Assembly: GCA_029717555.1 (NCBI GenBank)
Contig: JAMDHS010000039.1
Location: 62,001 to 126,000, forward strand
DNA from: Peribolospora baueri
Taxonomy: Eukaryota
Reading direction: 5' to 3'
DNA length: 64,000 nt
Positions 59,911 through 64,000 of the stretch are shown in pieces; the first letter of the stretch is position 1; each line of letters starts with the position of its first letter. The translations under genes were made by a program, and so were the position numbers. Below the pieces are notes generated by a model. That model worked only from the letters and a program-made list of their open reading frames with translations. It made no database searches and had not been told where the DNA came from.

Positions 59911-62900
59911 ACATTCTTCCACCAGCACATCCGGTCGCACCCTCCCCCCAACACCATTCTTCTCTCCAGAACTGGAGAGGTCCAGTCGCGGCAGTCGCAG
60001 CAGAGATGGTGCCAACGCATCCTCAACTGCTCATGCAATCGCATCCTTATTACCTCCCACACGCCATCGGAGCTCCCCCAGCTGCACCTCCGCCACTGAT
60101 GAACACCCCTGTTCCGACCTTACAAGCGTCGACGTTGGCTGGCTTCGATCAGATACGAACACCGTCCTTTTCTGATGGGCACCCCAAATCTGAATACCGA
60201 CGACGACAGTCCGACGGTCCCACGATCAACCCTCGACCAGCCAAGCGGCCGCGTTTGAGCGACCAGAACAATACCCGATCTCGTGTAACACCTGCAGTTC
60301 TTCTGCGGATGTCACTCTCTTTTTTGCGCAGTGCGCAGTCTGTTTTCGGGATCATCAGCTCTCTGCCCACCGGCCACCCTAGTAGGGACGAATCGATTCG
60401 ACGATATCATGAACTGGTACACGCCGCAGTGTTGACCCTCCTGGCTCTGCTACGAGCAGAAAGGCTGGATCCGAAACTAGAGCTCAGGGCACGGATTATC
60501 CTAGCAGAAGTGCTCCTTCGGGAGACGCCTGGTAACGTTGAGGTGGAGCGGGTTATATCCAAAGGAGTGAGTAGCGTCAGAATGACTCCAGTATCAGAAG
60601 TGTCATTGCGCTGCCAGAATGCAGTTTCTCAAGCTTCTGGATGGTGTCCTTCTCCAACCTGAAACCTATAGATACTACTCGCGCAGAAGCACACAGAACT
60701 GGCCGACTTGAAATATCGTCTGTGCGATCTTCAAGTGGAGTTGGCCGTCGCCCTCGGCAACTTTCATTTTGCAAAAGTGCAGCTGAAGAAGTTGTCGAAG
60801 GAAGTCGCAAGGTCAGTGCACCGCCCAACCTCCTCCGCCGGGATGGCTTTCGTCGCAGAGCGACTGACCACACCTTTGCTCTTTCGCGCAGCCTCTCGCG
60901 ATCAACAGTCTGGCGTTACCATTTCAACTTTCGGCTTTTCGCCCTTCATTTACAGCATGAGGGCGACAGATCAGCTGCCCTCGGTGCCCTTCGTGATGTC
61001 GAGCGTCTTTCTTCGGGTGCCGGGGATACGTGGATCTGCGCAGCGGCAGGGTTGATGAGGGCTAGGGTTATGTTCTCTGCGTCGGACTTGGGAGGGGTCG
61101 AAGAGGCTTTGAGTGCAGTCGAAAGCCTTCTCCCGCCATCACTATTCTCCAGCACTGTTGGAACCGCAGAACCATCCCACACTCACCCATTTCAGCGTAG
61201 GCTCCTTGCGTACTTCCTTGTTCTCGACACTATCCTTCGCGTACACAGAGGAGATGCTCAACGGGCTAAAGAAAGGCTGGCAGTCCTCCACTCTCTGCTC
61301 GACGGAGGCGGTATGGAAGAAAATGGAGAATCAGAAGGATGGTTGTGGGTAAGTGGCTTCGTCGATGTTGACTTTGTGCTCCGTCCGACTCAGAGCTTGC
61401 TGACGAAAGGCGGCTCTTTCCCGTCACACAGATACCCCTTGCGAATCCGTCAGGTGGAGAAGTACTGTCTGCGCACCAATCATCTCGCCCGGAACAGCGG
61501 ACAGAAGCTGTTCTCCTGTCGGTGTCCCCGAAGACACAACTTTATACCTTAGCATTCCTTGTCAGCGCCCTCGTGCACTCTTCCAACCCGGTCAGCAAGA
61601 CCCAAACGAAGCTGGACGCCTTTGCAGGTCACGGGTTGGTGAACGTGAACAATCTCTTGTGCAGATCAGAGGGTGAGTCCGTATTCTAGCTGAGCCATGC
61701 TTTAATTCTCAGCTCATTCAGAGAACATGGATGCGGTCTTGATGTTTGACCGTGCCACCAACTATCTAGGGTCAGACATCATGCGAACACAAAGTAACAA
61801 AGTATCTGTCATGATCAAAGCCGAAGTTCTTATTCTCATGGTCCAAAGTGCGATCATGCGCTCAAAGTTCGTTGAGGCTGAACAGGTGAATATTTCCATC
61901 CGCTTTCCCCCCCGGGTCTGAAGTGTGGTATTAAAGATCTTCGACCTCCATCTGACACTTCTCCGTCTCCTCCGAACTTTCTTTATTTCATAAGGTCTTT
62001 CTTGACCTGGTCTCACATCTGCGGACGTATAACCTTTTTGATCGCTTTTCATCTCGAACTCTGCTCCTGAGTGCCATGCTGCTGCATGCCCGCGCCAGGC
62101 CCTCCGAAGCCCTTGAGACGTATCGCCTCGTCGCGTTCAATGAACGAAGAACTGGGGTCAGCACAACAAGGGACGAAGGTCCAGAATCGCCAACAAGCAA
62201 GACGAACCTTGTCCTCGACTCGACTGAAGTGGCCCTGCTTGCTTTGGTTGGCGAGGTGCTTGTGCGTGCTGGAGAGCGAGCCTGGCATGACGCAGACGGT
62301 CGGCATCGAGGCGGCCAAGTGTCTATCCAGTCGTCCACCAGTGGCGACGAACGTCCCCTGGAGGAGCTGGTAAAGGACGTCGGAAAGGCATGCGCCGCCT
62401 ATGGAAGCAAGAGGTTAGAACTTGCCGGCAAGCTCATTGAAAGCGTGTTGAGAGTGGAGATCCTTGGGAAAAAGTGAGCTTGCAGCGTCTAGCTCTGTCA
62501 AAACCTCTCAGTCGCTGTGTCGTGGCTGACGCTTCTCTCTGCTTGCGACAGGGCGCTCCTCGCTGGAGCATTATCGCTCGCTCAATCCTGCTCCAATCAT
62601 CACGTAATCGCCTTGCTCTTCGGTCTACTCGGCGGTCTGTTCCTCAACACACGCAACATCGAAGCCGAGAAGATGCTTCAGTCCGGATGGCATCTTGCCG
62701 CGCTCATGGGCGGCGCAGCCGATGAAGGGGACAACCGAAAACGTTCGAGAAAAGGCGTAGGGCACGCCCGGCTTGGTCTGTGGATCGGAGAGAACCTTCA
62801 AGGCGAGTATAACAGTGGCACTCTTCAGGCGATGCGTCCGTTCCGCTGCTGAGTTCGCCGCACTTGGACTTGTCGCAGTTCTCTACACTCGAACAGGGCG

Positions 62901-62976
62901 ACCAGAAAAGTCCATTGAACAGGCCAGGATGAATCGCACGCTGGCCCTGGCGCTGAACTCCGCAGAGGACTCGTAG
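59706..62976 (+). CDS. SCC4: Cohesin loader subunit Scc4/MAU2 (TPR-like helical repeats)
   Basis: YHELVHAAV..L.A.L....L.P..E.RAR..LAEVL.RET.....E..ISKG, LKYRL, WRYHFNF and C-terminal ARLGLWIGE.L...Y...G, the pattern of fungal cohesin-loading factors. Confidence 0.75.
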
Positions 62977-63125
62977 CTCTAGCGTTCTATGCGTTACATC
63001 GTCTGTCTGTCCTGTATCTACGCAGATGCGATGAATAAATGCATCTTTGCACACAAACAAGTCTGCTGAGATTCTGATCTACTTCTGCGAATCGCAATGT
63101 GCCGGCCTATGACGCTGGCGACCAA

Positions 63126-64000
63126 ATGGAGCTGCGGCGTACGCGTCCCGTTTAAATGACGCGCCCCGCACCTCGTTTCTGCTCATCACATCCACCCCAC
63201 GTCTTCCGGTTGCGACCAGGATCCCGCCGACCTCTCACTGGGCACTCTGGCGTCGCTCGTGCCTTCCACAGGTCGTGCGGCGACATGTGGTCTAGCCCTC
63301 CCCGGAAGCGGGCACGTTCTGAACTGCCCGATGCCGAACTCTGCCTGCCTTCGCCCGCTCCCTCGCCGCCTTCGCCAGCCTTACTATCGGCAGATGGTGG
63401 TGGCCCAGACGCTGCGCTTGGTCTCGCTGGGAGCAGCTTCCATGGGATGGGCGGAGAGTACGGTCAGCAAGACGTTTCGTCTCTCCAAAATCTCGTCGCT
63501 GGTTTCGGGAGCTTGTCCGCCTCCCAGCAGACGTCGGTCCTTTATCATCTCCTGCGGCAAACTTCTCGGCCGGTGCTGCATTTCGTCGACAACCTCGTGT
63601 CCCCCTCTTTGCGCCATGACTTCTTCAGAGAGCTTCCACCAGAAATTGTCTCCACCATCCTCTCGTACCTCGACACGAGGAGTCTGTGCCGAGCAGCGCG
63701 GGTCTGCAAAGGTTGGCGATGGATCGTGGATTCAGATTGGAAGGCGTGGCGAGATCGCATGGTCGCAGAACACCTTTGGAAGGGAGACGGCAGCGAGGAA
63801 AGGGAGGTGAAAGAGGTCTTGGCTGAGCGGGAGAGGCGACTAGCTTCCAAGCGTACGACGAATACGCCGTCGGACTCTTTGAGTGGACGGACGCCAGGCG
63901 AGGGTCGGATGAGGCTCGATGGAGACGACAACGCTACCTGGACGCCAACAACTCCACCCTCTATTGCGACGACGTCATCTCAAACATGCCTTTCCGACGA
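63126..64000 (+). CDS. CDC4: F-box protein, Cdc4/Fbw7-like, 5' part (start 63126 or 63285)
   Basis: Not in the ORF track. The frame gives LPSPAPSP, a D-domain-like LQNLVAGFGSLSASQQTSVLYHLLRQTSRPVLHFV and the F-box HDFFRELPPEIVSTILSYLDTRSLCRAARVCKGW. Confidence 0.75.

Overview
GC-rich, intron-dense eukaryotic DNA (GT..AG introns, CTRAC-like branch points, many micro-exons). Protein motifs point to a basidiomycete fungus; the species cannot be named from the sequence. About 20 host genes are present, most in head-to-head pairs: GH20 hexosaminidase/eIF2B-alpha, NUXM/nucleoporin-like, DUS1/MCC-alpha, DHA1/VPS36, RPN6/RPN7, AVT-type permease/SEC72 and RPS4/RPL33. There is also an allantoate-family permease, an AhpD/CMD-like gene, a 2617-codon intronless low-complexity ORF, SCC4/MAU2 and a partial CDC4. 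The standout accessory region is about 55.4-59.4 kb. It holds an intronless, frameshifted relic encoding a PrimPol-type (AEP) primase-polymerase, a C4 zinc finger and a UL9/origin-binding-protein-like SF2 helicase, resembling a DNA-virus or self-replicating mobile-element replication module. This relic is cut off at helicase motif VI by a small, internally deleted Ty3/Gypsy element with mismatched LTRs. Two genes (VPS36 and the giant ORF) may start at near-cognate codons. All calls come from motif recognition by eye; no searches were run.
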